Positions 43,723 through 54,249 of a stretch of DNA of 64,000 nucleotides are shown here, in pieces. The stretch covers positions 10,765-74,764 of the forward strand of contig CAVWKA010000002.1 in the NCBI GenBank assembly GCA_963755515.1. The letters run 5' to 3'. The position numbers and the translations under genes are program-made. How positions within the stretch are numbered: the stretch's first letter is position 1; each line of letters begins with the position of its first letter. Under the pieces are notes generated by a model. The model did not search any database and was not told the origin of the DNA. It saw nothing but the letters and a program-made list of their open reading frames with translations. Origin of the DNA: an uncultured Verrucomicrobiae bacterium. Its GTDB lineage: Bacteria; Verrucomicrobiota; Verrucomicrobiia; Limisphaerales; UBA11358.

Positions 43723-45540
43723 CACCGATCATTTTGCCACCTGGGAATTGGTCGGCGGAGGAGAGACGGGAATGCCCGACAAGGTTAATATTTACGATGC
43801 CACAGCACGCTCCGGTCGTGGCCAGCTCGCAATCGGTTCCCAATGATGACATCAAGGGACACATCGGGTTTCAAGTCTGGAGTTCCAAGGATTGGCACTA
43901 TGACACAGATTTTCCCATCGTCGGGTGCATTGGGCCGTCCGGCCTGGGATCTTAAAGGCGTGGATATCACCGGGGAACAAGGCGGGAGATTTCACCTCAG
44001 TGATCGGTATGCGAATTTGTTGCCGACGGAAGCAAATATCCCGGCATTTCTTGCCGCGCGACATGGACAACGGCGTGCTGGCACTTCAATCCCCCAGCGA
44101 TCTTTTGATTTTCCAGTTAAGTTGGCGTTATTGGGATGGCTTCATCCGGGATTATTGCGCCACGGCGTGCTCCAACGGCTTGGTGTACGTTGACATTCAT
44201 TTGCATCCGAGCGCCACGCCTGGTGTTCCTTCCCTTCAATCCCCGCGAAAAGCGCGGCGCGTTTCAGCCTGCAATGGCCGGCCGACAGCAAATGGATGCC
44301 CTGGGCCATCGCCGCCACGCCGGACGCTTCCACTGTGGCCATCATCGCGGTCAGGAGACTGATTCCGGCGATACGATCAATGCGCGCTACGGTCGTGTCC
44401 GCGCTTTGATTTACCATCCCGGCGGTCTGGCGGACGCGCCTGCGGCGTGGCCTATCCGGAACGCTTTTCAGGTGGATGAGCCAGCCTTTAACGGTTTTAC
44501 ACCGCGTTTTCTGGTCATGGACCCGACGCCCAGCGCTTTGCTATATTGGGATTCCACGACCACCGTGACCCGCTATGATACCCGCTGATGGCAGGCCGCT
44601 TGGCTCACTTGAATTGGGCCTGGTCAGCGCGCATTCGCGTGATGGCCGCCGCGTCGGCACAGTTTCTCCGGCGGGCAGGATTCGTGTCTATGACGTCTCG
44701 ACCGGCGACACGATTCTTGACCAGCAGGGCAAACCGGCTTCCGGACTGTGCTTGTCCCCGGACGGCTCGCGCCTGGTGGCGTCCCAAGATGGCAGGATTA
44801 ACATTTACGACGAATCGTCGGGCCAGGTGCTCTCTTCGCTTTCTTCCCCTTTGGTGCCTTTGGCTTACCCGTCTCAGGGAAACCGCTTCCTTGCCTTTCA
44901 GCCCGATGAAACCGGTGATCGGAGGCTCCGTCGTTTTGGCGGATACGGCGAGATGCGCAGCGTCGCCGCCGTCCTCAACCGCGCGGGCACCAGTTTTACG
45001 CCGGCATTCTTCAGCGATTCCGGCGATCAAATTGCCGTCGTTGGCGACCGCTGGACGCCCAAGATCATCCGTTCTCTCCGCCCGGATGAACTCCCGGCGG
45101 TGCTGAATACCGGCCTTCCCGAAACCACTGAGATCCCGGCCCTTGAGCCTGCCAACATCGTCACCACCGCTCCCGCCGCGCCGCTCCTGAATCCATAGAT
45201 GTGCTGGGCGCGGACAACATTTCGGCGCTGCAATCGCACCTCGGCGACCTGGTGGCCGTTCAAGGGCGGGTCCGAAATTGTCAAGCTGGTCAAGCCGGAT
45301 CGCCGCAAACATTTACTTTGAGGGCGCGCGGGACCCCAACAGTCCAAGTGTGGGTGCCGTGGGGCCCATTTCCGAAATTCGAAGCGATCTTCGGCAGAGA
45401 CCTCGATGCCGCGCTGGATGGCCGCACCATAAGGGCGACCGGACGTCTTTCCGTTTACCAGGGGGAGCATCGAGGTGACGCTTGACGACCCGGCGAAATT
45501 TGTGATTGTCTCTCCGAGCGGCCAGTCCAATTAACTTCGC
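43646..45540 (+). pseudogene. frameshift-fragmented continuation of kinase 1 (beta-propeller/WD-like repeats), plus a fragmented approximately 110-aa C-terminal module
   Basis: Protein-like stretches alternate between frames: FTVLKIHLQEFQFIDTDHFATWELVGGGETGMPDKVNIYDATARSG (frame 2 from about 43680), ORFs 43843.., 43925.., 44136.., and 44575..45198 (RIRVYDVSTGDTILD..SPDGSRLVASQDGRINIYDESSGQV). The stretch 45201-45540 is readable only by switching frames (GDLVAVQGRVRN / HLYFEGARDPNSP / VWVPWGPFPKFEAIFGRDLDAALDGRTIRATGRLSVYQG / IEVTLDDPAKFVIVS). Confidence 0.5.
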
Positions 45541-45549
45541 CAAGAGACC

Positions 45550-48500
45550 ATGAATCAGAACCGTGAAGAGCTTTTATTTGGCCTGGCACTGACAAAATCT
45601 GCCAGCCAGCGGCTTGAGTTTCTCGACCGCGAATGCGGCGAAGACAGGGCGTTGCGCACCCGCCTCGAAGCCCTGCTCGCGGCGCATGAGCAAACCGAAG
45701 GCGTGCTGGCCGAACCCGCGCCGGCGGCCAAGGCGACGATGAAGATCGAATTTGCCGATGTTCCCGACGAAGCCGTCGGCCAGAAGATCGGGCGTTACAA
45801 GATGCTGGAGAAAATCGGCGAAGGCGGCTGCGGCGTGGTCTATGTGGCCGAGCAGACGGAGCCGGTCCGCCGCCGCGTGGCGCTCAAGGTCATCAAGCTG
45901 GGCATGGACACCAAGCAGGTCGTCGCCCGGTTCGAGGCCGAGCGGCAGGCGCTGGCGATGATGGACCATCCCAACATCGCCAAGGTGCTCGATGCCGGCG
46001 CGACGGAAACGGGCCGGCCTTACTTCGTCATGGAACTGGTGCGCGGCATCCGCATCACCGATTACTGCGACCAGAACAATCTGTCCACCAGGGAACGGCT
46101 GGATCTGTTCATCCAGGTCTGCCAGGCCATCCAGCACGCGCACCAGAAGGGCATCATCCACCGCGACATCAAGCCGTCGAACATCCTGGTGACGCTGCAC
46201 GACGGCGTGCCGGTGCCCAAGGTGATTGATTTCGGCATCGCCAAGGCGACCGCAGGCGCGGCTGACCGACAAGACGGTTTACACGCAGTTGCAGCAGTTC
46301 ATCGGCACGCCGGCCTACATGAGTCCGGAACAGGCGGAGATGAGCGGGCTGGACATTGATACGCGCAGCGACATTTACAGCCTGGGCGTGCTGCTTTACG
46401 AATTGCTGACGGGCAGCACGCCGTTCGATGCGCAAGGAACTGATGTCGCAGGGCATTGACGCGATGCGGCAAGACCATCCGGGAGAAGGAGCCGGTGCGG
46501 CCCAGCACGCAAGCTGGCGACGCTCAAGGGCGAGGAGCTGACGACCACGGCCAAGCGCCGTTCGGTCGGACACGTCGAAGCTGATGCACGCAGCTCAAGG
46601 GCGACCTGGACTGGATCGTGATGAAGTGCCTGGAGAAGGACCGCACGCGGCGTTACGAGACGGCCAACGGTCTGGCGGCGGACATCAAGCGGCATCTGAA
46701 CAACGAGCCGGTGGTCGCCCGTCCGCCGAGCACAGCTTATCGGTTTCAGAAAACCGTTTCGCCGGAACAAAGTTGGGCTTCGCCGCACGGCGGCCGTCAT
46801 TGTCGTCGCCTTGCTGCTCGGCATCATTGTCAGCACCTGGCAGGCGGTGCGCGCCACGCATCGCCAAGCGGGAAGCCGTGGCGGCGCAAGCGCGGCGAAG
46901 CAGTGCAACGACAAACAGGCTGACGCCAATGCAAAAGGAAGCTGACGCCGGCCAGACAAGGCCGAAGGCCAGCGCAGGAACTCGCCGCCCGCCAGCGCGC
47001 CTACGCCTCGGACATGAACGTCGCCATGCAGGCGCTGGCCGGAAGCAATCTCGGCCGCGCGCTGGATTTGCTGAACCGCCAGCGGCCCCAGCCGGGCCAG
47101 AAAGATTTGCGCGGCTGGGAATGGCGTTATCTCTGGCAGCAAACCCGCAGCGACGCCTTGTTCACCCTTTGCCAGGAATCCAGCGAAATCGAATCGCTGG
47201 CGGCTTCAGCCGATGGCCACTGGCTGGCGATCGGCGTGGACCACAATGGCGGGTGTTTGTGTGGGACCTGCGGACCCGGCAGGAGGTTGGCCCACCTCGC
47301 ACCGGACGAAGATGAGGTGCGCGCCGCCTTCTCACCGGCTGAATCCTCTGCTGGCCTTCACCAGCGTCAGCGTTCCGGCTTCGGGCAAGGAGCAAAACAC
47401 TTTGCGGCTCTGGAATGCCGCCACGCGACAGATGGTTGGCGAATTCCCACTGGATCGCGAGTGCGCGGGGCTGGCGTTCGCCAAGGATGGGCGGACGCTG
47501 GTGACTTCCACCGGCCGGAGGACGGCATCACTCTCTGGGCGCATGCCCGAAGGAACCAAGCTGGCCAGTTATCCATGCGACGATGAATTAGATGTTGATC
47601 CCGGGAACCGGTTTTGCCGCGACGCCGGACTTGAGTCTGGCGGCGTATATTACGGGCTGACAACGTCGCAGCAGGTTCGCGTCATGGATCTGCACGACGG
47701 CAAGGAACTTTGGAACGCGGCTGGCAGCCAAGGAATTTATCACCGCCCTGGCGTTTTCGCCGGATGGAAAAACGCTGGCGTCCGCCGCCGGATTCGGCGA
47801 GTCGGACATCCGCTTGTGGGACGTGGCCACCGGCAAGGAAATCGGGCGGCTGGAAGGCCACAAATCCTGGGTCGGCTCTTTGGTGTTCTGGCCGGATGGC
47901 AAAAAACTGGCCTCCAGCCAGCGCCGACCAGACGATTCGCATTTGGGATGTGGCCAGTCGCAAGTGCCTGGACGTGCTGCGCGGTCATCGTCAGGAGGTG
48001 TGGCGGCTGGCGTTGCTGCCGGATGACAAAACGCTGGTCAGCGGCGGCAAGGACGGCACGGTTTGCTTTTGGGACACGTCCGTCACGCATCCGCATCAGT
48101 CTCGCATCACCATGCCGGAGAAAGTGGTTGACTGGTGCTTCCCGCCGGAGAACCAATCAGTTCTCACCCTGGACCTGCAGGGCCAAGTGGCGCGAAGGTC
48201 TGGACCTGCCTTTCGACAGCAGGAACCGCTGCTGGACGTCGGCACCAATTTCATTTCCGATTCTTGGAACAATGTCTTCTCGCAGCGACGGACGCTTCCT
48301 GGCGTTCGGCTCGACCAACGGCGTCATCCAGGTTTGGGACGTATCCCGCCAGGTTCTGTGGCGTCAGTGGACGAATACAACGGGTGCTCGTAGCGCCCCT
48401 CGCATTTCTCGCAAACGGAAACAAGCTGGCAGTCTGGTCCAGGGCCGGCAATGTCGAATCACGAATGGGATCTTATAACCGGGCGGGAATTGCAATCGTG

Positions 48501-49039
48501 GCAGGCCGTTTCGGAAAGTTATCAAGAACAGATTCCATCGATCGTGACTTTCCCAGACGAAGAGCATTACGTGGCATTCGGGTTTAATGGCGCGGTCCAA
48601 TTCAAGGATGCGGCCAACGATGAGGTAATGGAAACCAACCTGGATTATCTGGAAGGCATTGCCGCGGCGGTTTCTCCCGATGGCAAACTCTTCGCCGTAG
48701 CCAGTTATTTGGGTTATGCGCGAGTGTGGGACACCGCGACCTGGCACGAGGGAGAGACGCTGCGCGGCTTTCTCAACGGCGTTAACTCGGTGGTTTTTTC
48801 ACCGGACAGCCAACGACTCGCCATCGGCGGCAGCAATCCCGACGATGCGGTGAAACTCTGGGACGTGAACAGTTGGCAGGACGTATTCACCCTGGAAGGC
48901 GCAGGCTCTCTTTTTGTGGATCTCCGCTTTTTCACCCGACGGCAACGTCATCGGCGCCCTGAGCAGTGACGGCATCTTGAACCTCTGGCGCGCGCCGTCC
49001 TGGGCGGAGATCCACGCGGCGGAGGCGCAACGACCATGA
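45550..49039 (+). pseudogene. Ser/Thr protein kinase with WD40 repeats, paralogue 2, broken by at least a dozen frameshifts
   Basis: The kinase domain is intact to about 46255 ([30 protein letters not shown]). Then [23 protein letters not shown] is in another frame, and [11 protein letters not shown] / KTIREKEPVRPST / KLATLKGEELTTTAKRRS / [21 protein letters not shown] each need a frame switch. WD40 units ([71 protein letters not shown]) are scattered over ORFs 47014.., 47213.., 47710.. and 48451... The last readable stretch SPDGNVIGALSSDGILNLWRAPSWAEIHAAEAQRP ends at stop 49037-49039. Confidence 0.8.
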
Positions 49040-49227
49040 ACCCAAATCGCGAAACTTTCCGGACCGGGAATGTGGCGACGACGCGGCCCTGTGCCAGCGG
49101 CCCGCAGCCTGCGCCGCCTCGATTTACCTCGTGACTACCATGAAAACCAAATTGCAGAACTTGACGCACACAACTGCCAATAAAGCTCTCAGCCCTTACC
49201 CTGAATCCCACCCGATGAACTCAGGGA

Positions 49228-49800
49228 ACCCACACCTCACCCTGACCGCATGAATCAGTTTTCTCCCCACAACCCTCACCCGGTCCCGCGGCGGGACCAC
49301 CCTCTCCCGCTCCCTCCTTCGCCAGAAGCGCTACGGAGGGCAGGCACGCGGGCGAGGGACAATCTCCCGTCCCATCGGATGGGAGGGGAGAGGGAATCCG
49401 TCTTCGGCGCGCTACGACGGGACGGGCAGCAGGCGGATGCTGGTTTCGCTTTCGAAGGGTCGGCGATTTCCGAGAGTCAGGTGGCTGGGCAAACGGATGT
49501 GCCGTGCCAAAGCGGCGTCGCGCTTCGCTTGCCGCCGCACTCCAAGACGCTGGCGCGCGGTTCGAATGGTCCCGGTAAAGACGGCGGACCCACACCTCAC
49601 CCTGACCGCATGAATCAGTTTTCTCCCCACAACCCTCACCCGGTCCCGCGGCGGGACCACCCTCTCCCGCTCCCTCCTTCGCCAGAAGCGCTACGGAGGG
49701 CAGGCACGCGGGCGAGGGACAATCTCCCCTCCCATCGGATGGGAGCGGAGAGGGAATCCGTCTTCGGCGCGCTACGACGGGACAGGCAGCAAGCGGACGC
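49228..49800 (+). repeat. two approximately 213-bp direct repeats (about 97% identical) separated by a 147-bp spacer
   Basis: 49228-49440 and 49588-49800 (ACCCACACCTCACCCTGACCGCATGAATCAGTTTTCTCCCCACAACCCTCACCCGGTCCCGCGGCGGGACC...), with an exact 360-bp offset. Track ORFs here are translations of the repeat. Confidence 0.9.
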
Positions 49801-49945
49801 CCATCGTTTTTCGGAAAACAATGGAGCCAACGACAGGTTCGGGGGGTCAAAGCGCGAATGTTTTCAGGGAAATCTCTCCGCGTTGAGGGGAGAGGGAAGC
49901 CGATATAGGGCGCATCGGCAATTCAAGTCTGAATTCAGTTCCGGT

Positions 49946-49983
49946 CTCACGCTGCCGCACGGCTACAGTTTTTCTTCAAACGC
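49946..49983 (+). repeat. dispersed element, copy 3 (3' half only)
   Basis: CTCACGCTGCCGCACGGCTACAGTTTTTCTTCAAACGC. Confidence 0.6.
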
Positions 49984-50074
49984 GCTCTGGTCTCCATGAC
50001 CGCTGCCAAGGCGACGATGATGATCAAGCAAAATAAACATTGCTGTTGCGACTGATCTCGGCGATAAGATTTCA

Positions 50075-51601
50075 ATGCTCGCGAAGGTTTCCTCGGCCGC
50101 GCTCAACGGTATCGAGGCTTTTCCGGTCGAAGTCGAAGTCAATGTCGCCTACGGCGACACTTTCATTGCCCTGGTTGGCCTGCCTGATGCCGCAGTCAAG
50201 GAATCGAAGGACCGGGTTTCGACGGCGCTGGGCAATTCCGGCTACAAATTTCCGATGGGACGCACCACCATCAACTTGGCGCCGGCTGATGAAAAGAAGG
50301 AAGGGCCGAATTTTGATTTGCCGATTGCGCTGGGGATATTGGCGGCGAGCGACCAAATTGTGACGGACCAGTTGGAGAATTTTGTGGCAGTGGGCGAACT
50401 GGCGCTGACCGGGGCGGTGCGGCCCAGCAAAGGGATGCTCCCGATGGCGCTGCGGGCGAAAGCGGATGGGAGGACAGGAATCCTTGTTCCGGCGGAAAAC
50501 GCGGCGGAAGCGGCAGTGGTTGCTGGATTGCAGGTGATCCCGGTGCAAAACCTGCGGGAAGCGGCGCAATTTCTCGAGGGAGAGATCAAGATTGCGCCCA
50601 CGCGGGTGGACATTGCGAAAATTTTTGAGCACGGCCACGAGGACGAACTGGATTTTTCCGAGGTCAAAGGACAGGAGAACGTGAAGCGCGCCCTGGAGAT
50701 TGCGGCGGCGGGCGGGCATAACATATTGCTCATCGGGCCGCCGGGGACTGGGAAGTCCATGCTGGCGAAGCGGCTGGCGACAATATTGCCGCCGCTGACG
50801 CTGGATGAAGCGCTGGAAACGACCAAAATCCACAGCATCGTGGGGCTGCTGGCGCCGGGGCAGGCGCTGGTGACGCAGCGTCCTTTTCGCGCGCCGCATC
50901 ACACGGCGAGCGACGCCGGACTGCTCGGCGGCAACATCAACCCGACGCCGGGGGAGATTTCACTGGCTCATCACGGAGTTTTATTTTTGGACGAGCTGCC
51001 GGAGTTCAAGCGCAGCGTCCTGGAAACCATGCGCCAGCCGCTCGAAGAGGGGCGGGTAACGATATCGCGCGCCGCCGGGACGATGACATTTCCTTCGCAA
51101 TTCATGCTGGTGGCGGCGATGAATCCGACGCCGGACGGCAAGATGCCGGGGGAGAGCCGGTCGTCGCCGCGGGAGATTCAGAATTATCTGGGGCGGATCT
51201 CCGGGCCATTGCTGGACCGGATTGATTTGCACGTGGAAGTGCCGCAGGTGAAGTTTCAGGAGATTTCGAGCGACCGAATGGGCGAGACCTCGGAGCAAAT
51301 CCGGGAGCGGGTGGTTGCGGCGCGGGGGATCCAGCAGAAGCGCTTTGCGCACAAGCCGAAAATCACGTGCAATGCGCTACTGGGGCCGAAGGAACTGAAG
51401 GAGTATTGCCGGCTGGACGAGGGGACGATGGAGTTGCTGAAGAGTGCGATGTCTGACTTGAATTTCAGCGCGCGGGCGTATGACCGGATATTAAAGGTGG
51501 CGCGGACGATCGCGGATTTGGCTGGCGCAGAAAATATTTTGAGCGAGCATATATCGGAAGCGATCCAGTACCGCACGCTGGACCGGCAATTGTGGACATA
51601 A
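50075..51601 (+). CDS. comM: YifB/ComM-family Mg-chelatase-like AAA+ ATPase
   Basis: 508 aa. N-terminal Lon-like domain (FDLPIALGILAAS), Walker A LLIGPPGTGKSMLA, GVLFLDELPEF, and the C-terminal SARAYDRILKVARTIADLAG motif. Confidence 0.95.
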   Translation: MLAKVSSAALNGIEAFPVEVEVNVAYGDTFIALVGLPDAAVKESKDRVSTALGNSGYKFPMGRTTINLAPADEKKEGPNFDLPIALGILAASDQIVTDQLENFVAVGELALTGAVRPSKGMLPMALRAKADGRTGILVPAENAAEAAVVAGLQVIPVQNLREAAQFLEGEIKIAPTRVDIAKIFEHGHEDELDFSEVKGQENVKRALEIAAAGGHNILLIGPPGTGKSMLAKRLATILPPLTLDEALETTKIHSIVGLLAPGQALVTQRPFRAPHHTASDAGLLGGNINPTPGEISLAHHGVLFLDELPEFKRSVLETMRQPLEEGRVTISRAAGTMTFPSQFMLVAAMNPTPDGKMPGESRSSPREIQNYLGRISGPLLDRIDLHVEVPQVKFQEISSDRMGETSEQIRERVVAARGIQQKRFAHKPKITCNALLGPKELKEYCRLDEGTMELLKSAMSDLNFSARAYDRILKVARTIADLAGAENILSEHISEAIQYRTLDRQLWT

Positions 51602-51605
51602 AAAT

Positions 51606-53462
51606 ATGAATTATCGAGTGCGCCGCCGTGGCGAGGAGTTGGGAACTTTTTCCCCGGACGATTTGCGCCGTCGGCGCGAGGCGGGAGAATTTTCCGGTGA
51701 CGAATACGTTCAGGCGGAAGGCATGAACGACTGGCAGCCGTTGGATTTGGTTTTGCGACAAGGTTATGTCAGGCCGCCGCCATTGCCGGGAGGCGTTGCC
51801 AACCGCAGCGCCGGCCCAAATCCGGTTTTGGTTTGGACGTTGATTGTTTTCGGCGCGGTTGTTTTTGTGGTGATCATTGCGGCATTTGTGCGCGGGATTC
51901 AACGCGCTGTCACCGTTGCGCAGGAAACGCAAACGCGTTATTTGAATATGGCGCGGCCGGACGCATTAGCCGCGGCGACGAAACCGGTTGTTTGGACGAC
52001 AAACACGTTGACGGAAGCGGACGCACAGAAACGCGCGCGCGAATTCAGAATAAGGCAATGGGTTGACGGTTACCAAAAGCGCGGCGAACGCAATCCGGAA
52101 TGCGACGCGGAAATCGTGACATTTCTCCAAACGTGGATCGCGCGCAATTACGGGGGCGCGGCGGCAACCAATACCCTGGTGCTATCGGCGGAAGCCGACA
52201 AGCTGGCAAGAGACACAAATTGCACGGACCCGCTGGCGCTGACGGCCATCGCGGGTGAAACGCAGAACCGCGCCGAAGCCATCCGCTGTTTGCAAAGGGC
52301 GCTGGACGCCTTTCCAAAATCAAAGCACGAAGCGTATCCGAAATTTTACGCGGACGTCATCTCCGCGCTGGATTCGTCGGCGCTTCGGCAATTCGCCGCA
52401 TGTTTTTCCGACGGCAGCTTCGCCCCGGTTGATCAACAGGAAATTGGGGAAATTTTTGTCAACGGCTGGGGTGATCGTTTTTTTGAACGCAACGGTGACG
52501 CGGTTTGCAAAATTGCGAATGAAGCCGGCACCAATTTCCAATGGCTCGCCCTCACGCTCGAAGGCGAAAATGAAATCAACCTGGCATGGGCCGCGCGCGG
52601 CAGGGGTGGCGCTGACGCGGTGACTTCAAGCGGCTGGAAAGGATTCCGCGACCATTTGGCCGCGGCACGGAGCGATTTGACCGAGGCATGGAATTTGCGG
52701 AGGAATTATCCGCTGGCGCCGAGATTGATGATAACCGTCGCGCTCGGCGATTCGGGGATCACGGAAATGCGCCAATGGTTTGACCGGACAACGATCGCGC
52801 AAATTGATTATCCCGGCGCATGGGCGGAAATGCGTTGGGGATTGCGCCCGCGTTGGTATGGCAATTTGGACGCGATGCTCGCCTTCGGGCGGACCGCCGT
52901 CGCCACGCGGCGGTTTGACACCGACGTGCCGCGGAAATTCATTGACAGCGTTTATGACGTGGAAGCGGAGATGAATCTGCCGCGCGGCCATTACCTTTTT
53001 GGCCGGGCCGACATTTGGCCGCAATTGCAAATCATTTATTCCGGCTATCTCAACGAACCTTCGCAAGCGCCCTATCGAAATGGCTGGCTCACGTCGTATG
53101 CCATCATTGCTTGTTACGCCGGGAAATACGATGTGTCACGAGCGCAGTTGGAAGCGCTCAACTGGAAACCGCAGCGAAGCATTCTGGCGGAATGGAATTT
53201 GGACGCGACGCTTTGGCCTTTGGAAGTGGCAGCCCTTAGCGGGCCGCTCGGCGGTAAAGTTTCCGCCGCTGAAACGTTTTTCCAAAATGGAGATACCGCC
53301 GCCGCGTTAAAGAGATACAAGGAATTAAATTCAAACCCTGATGCCGACGGGCGGACGAAGGAATTTATTCGGCGGCGGCTGGCATTGTTGAATGCAGAGC
53401 AGGGGATGCTTCCGCAGCAAGATCGAACAATGGCCATTCCGATGCCGTCGGTCACCAATTAA
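51606..53462 (+). CDS. GYF_2 (DUF4339) domain membrane protein, otherwise uncharacterised
   Basis: N-terminus YRVRRRGEELGTFSPDDLRRRREAGEFSGDEYVQAEGMNDWQPLDLVL is GYF-like. One TM (VLVWTLIVFGAVVFVVIIAAFV), followed by a helical domain of about 500 aa. Confidence 0.7.
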   Translation: MNYRVRRRGEELGTFSPDDLRRRREAGEFSGDEYVQAEGMNDWQPLDLVLRQGYVRPPPLPGGVANRSAGPNPVLVWTLIVFGAVVFVVIIAAFVRGIQRAVTVAQETQTRYLNMARPDALAAATKPVVWTTNTLTEADAQKRAREFRIRQWVDGYQKRGERNPECDAEIVTFLQTWIARNYGGAAATNTLVLSAEADKLARDTNCTDPLALTAIAGETQNRAEAIRCLQRALDAFPKSKHEAYPKFYADVISALDSSALRQFAACFSDGSFAPVDQQEIGEIFVNGWGDRFFERNGDAVCKIANEAGTNFQWLALTLEGENEINLAWAARGRGGADAVTSSGWKGFRDHLAAARSDLTEAWNLRRNYPLAPRLMITVALGDSGITEMRQWFDRTTIAQIDYPGAWAEMRWGLRPRWYGNLDAMLAFGRTAVATRRFDTDVPRKFIDSVYDVEAEMNLPRGHYLFGRADIWPQLQIIYSGYLNEPSQAPYRNGWLTSYAIIACYAGKYDVSRAQLEALNWKPQRSILAEWNLDATLWPLEVAALSGPLGGKVSAAETFFQNGDTAAALKRYKELNSNPDADGRTKEFIRRRLALLNAEQGMLPQQDRTMAIPMPSVTN

Positions 53463-54249
53463 GCGGGGACCGTCTTTTTGAGCGCACTTTCCACGGCGGT
53501 GCGGTAAATAACGTCCACGACGTTCCGAAGATATTGTTCGTCGGCGACGCCGTCGGTGGCTTCCGGCGGGAAATCCACTTTGGCGCGGAAATGCCGGCCA
53601 GGTCACCGAACAATTCCACGCGCGCCACCGGGTCAAATTCTCGCGTCGCAACAGCGCCTGCAAAGCGATGTCCGCTTCCGCCGGTGAAACATTCTGCCGC
53701 AGGCGCGCGACGAGGTGCGGAAATTGCCGGAGCGAATTGTATTTGCCGGCGAGCAATTGGTCCAGATCCGGCTCGGAGATCTGCGGGGTGCGGATGACAA
53801 CGGTGTTGGCGGCGATGTCGCCCAGGCGCTGGCATTTTGAGTTGAGCCAGCAGGTCAGGCCGCCGACAAAATAAAACAGCCGGCAATGCATCCACGAACC
53901 GCAGCAGGTTGCGCACGACGATTTGGTTGAATTGCAGCCGCATTCCTTCCGCGTCCACCACGCGCAGGCGGAACAGCCTCTTGCCGATGGTCTGGCCGCG
54001 CCAGCTCCATTCAAAAAAAATCCCGTAGCCGATGCCGACGACAAACCAGCCGATGACCAAAAAGCGCAGGGCAAATTCAAAGCTGAGCACTTCGAGCAGA
54101 CTGCATGAGCGATTCCCAGAACCATCAGGCAAGACCAGGATGCAAAGCTGGTCAATGAACCACGCGAAAAACCGGGTCACCGGCCCGGCCAGCAATTGCG
54201 AAAACACGATGCCTTCCGGCGTACGGATGAACAGGGTGCTGGTTTTCAT
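53459..54249 (-). pseudogene. RDD-family membrane protein, frameshifted at least 3 times
   Basis: FIRTPEGIVFSQLLAGPVTRFFAWFIDQ...WRGQTIGKRLFRLRVVDAEGMRLQFNQIVVRNLLRFVDALP in one frame; GGLTCWLNSKCQRLGDIAANTVVIRTPQISEPDLDQLLAGKYNSLRQFPHLVARLRQNVSPAEADIALQALLRRE in a second; HFRAKVDFPPEATDGVADEQYLRNVVDVIYRTAVESALKKTVPA in a third. Confidence 0.6.

Noticed and set aside
49545-49580. tRNA-like T-loop sequence GGTTCGAAT (also GGTTCGAAC near 31860)
   Set aside because: The flanks do not form a T-stem, acceptor stem or anticodon arm, so no cloverleaf can be drawn by eye. It lies inside repeat or intergenic filler.
49221-49999. ORFs 49250..49999 (+, 249 aa) and 49221..49850 (-, 209 aa)
   Set aside because: Both are translations of the two 213-bp direct repeats (internally duplicated peptide, Pro/Arg/Gly-rich). 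They have no RBS and no domain signal.
50072-50902. 276-aa minus-strand ORF
   Set aside because: It is antisense to the unambiguous comM/yifB gene, with an Arg/Pro/Gln-rich nonsense translation.
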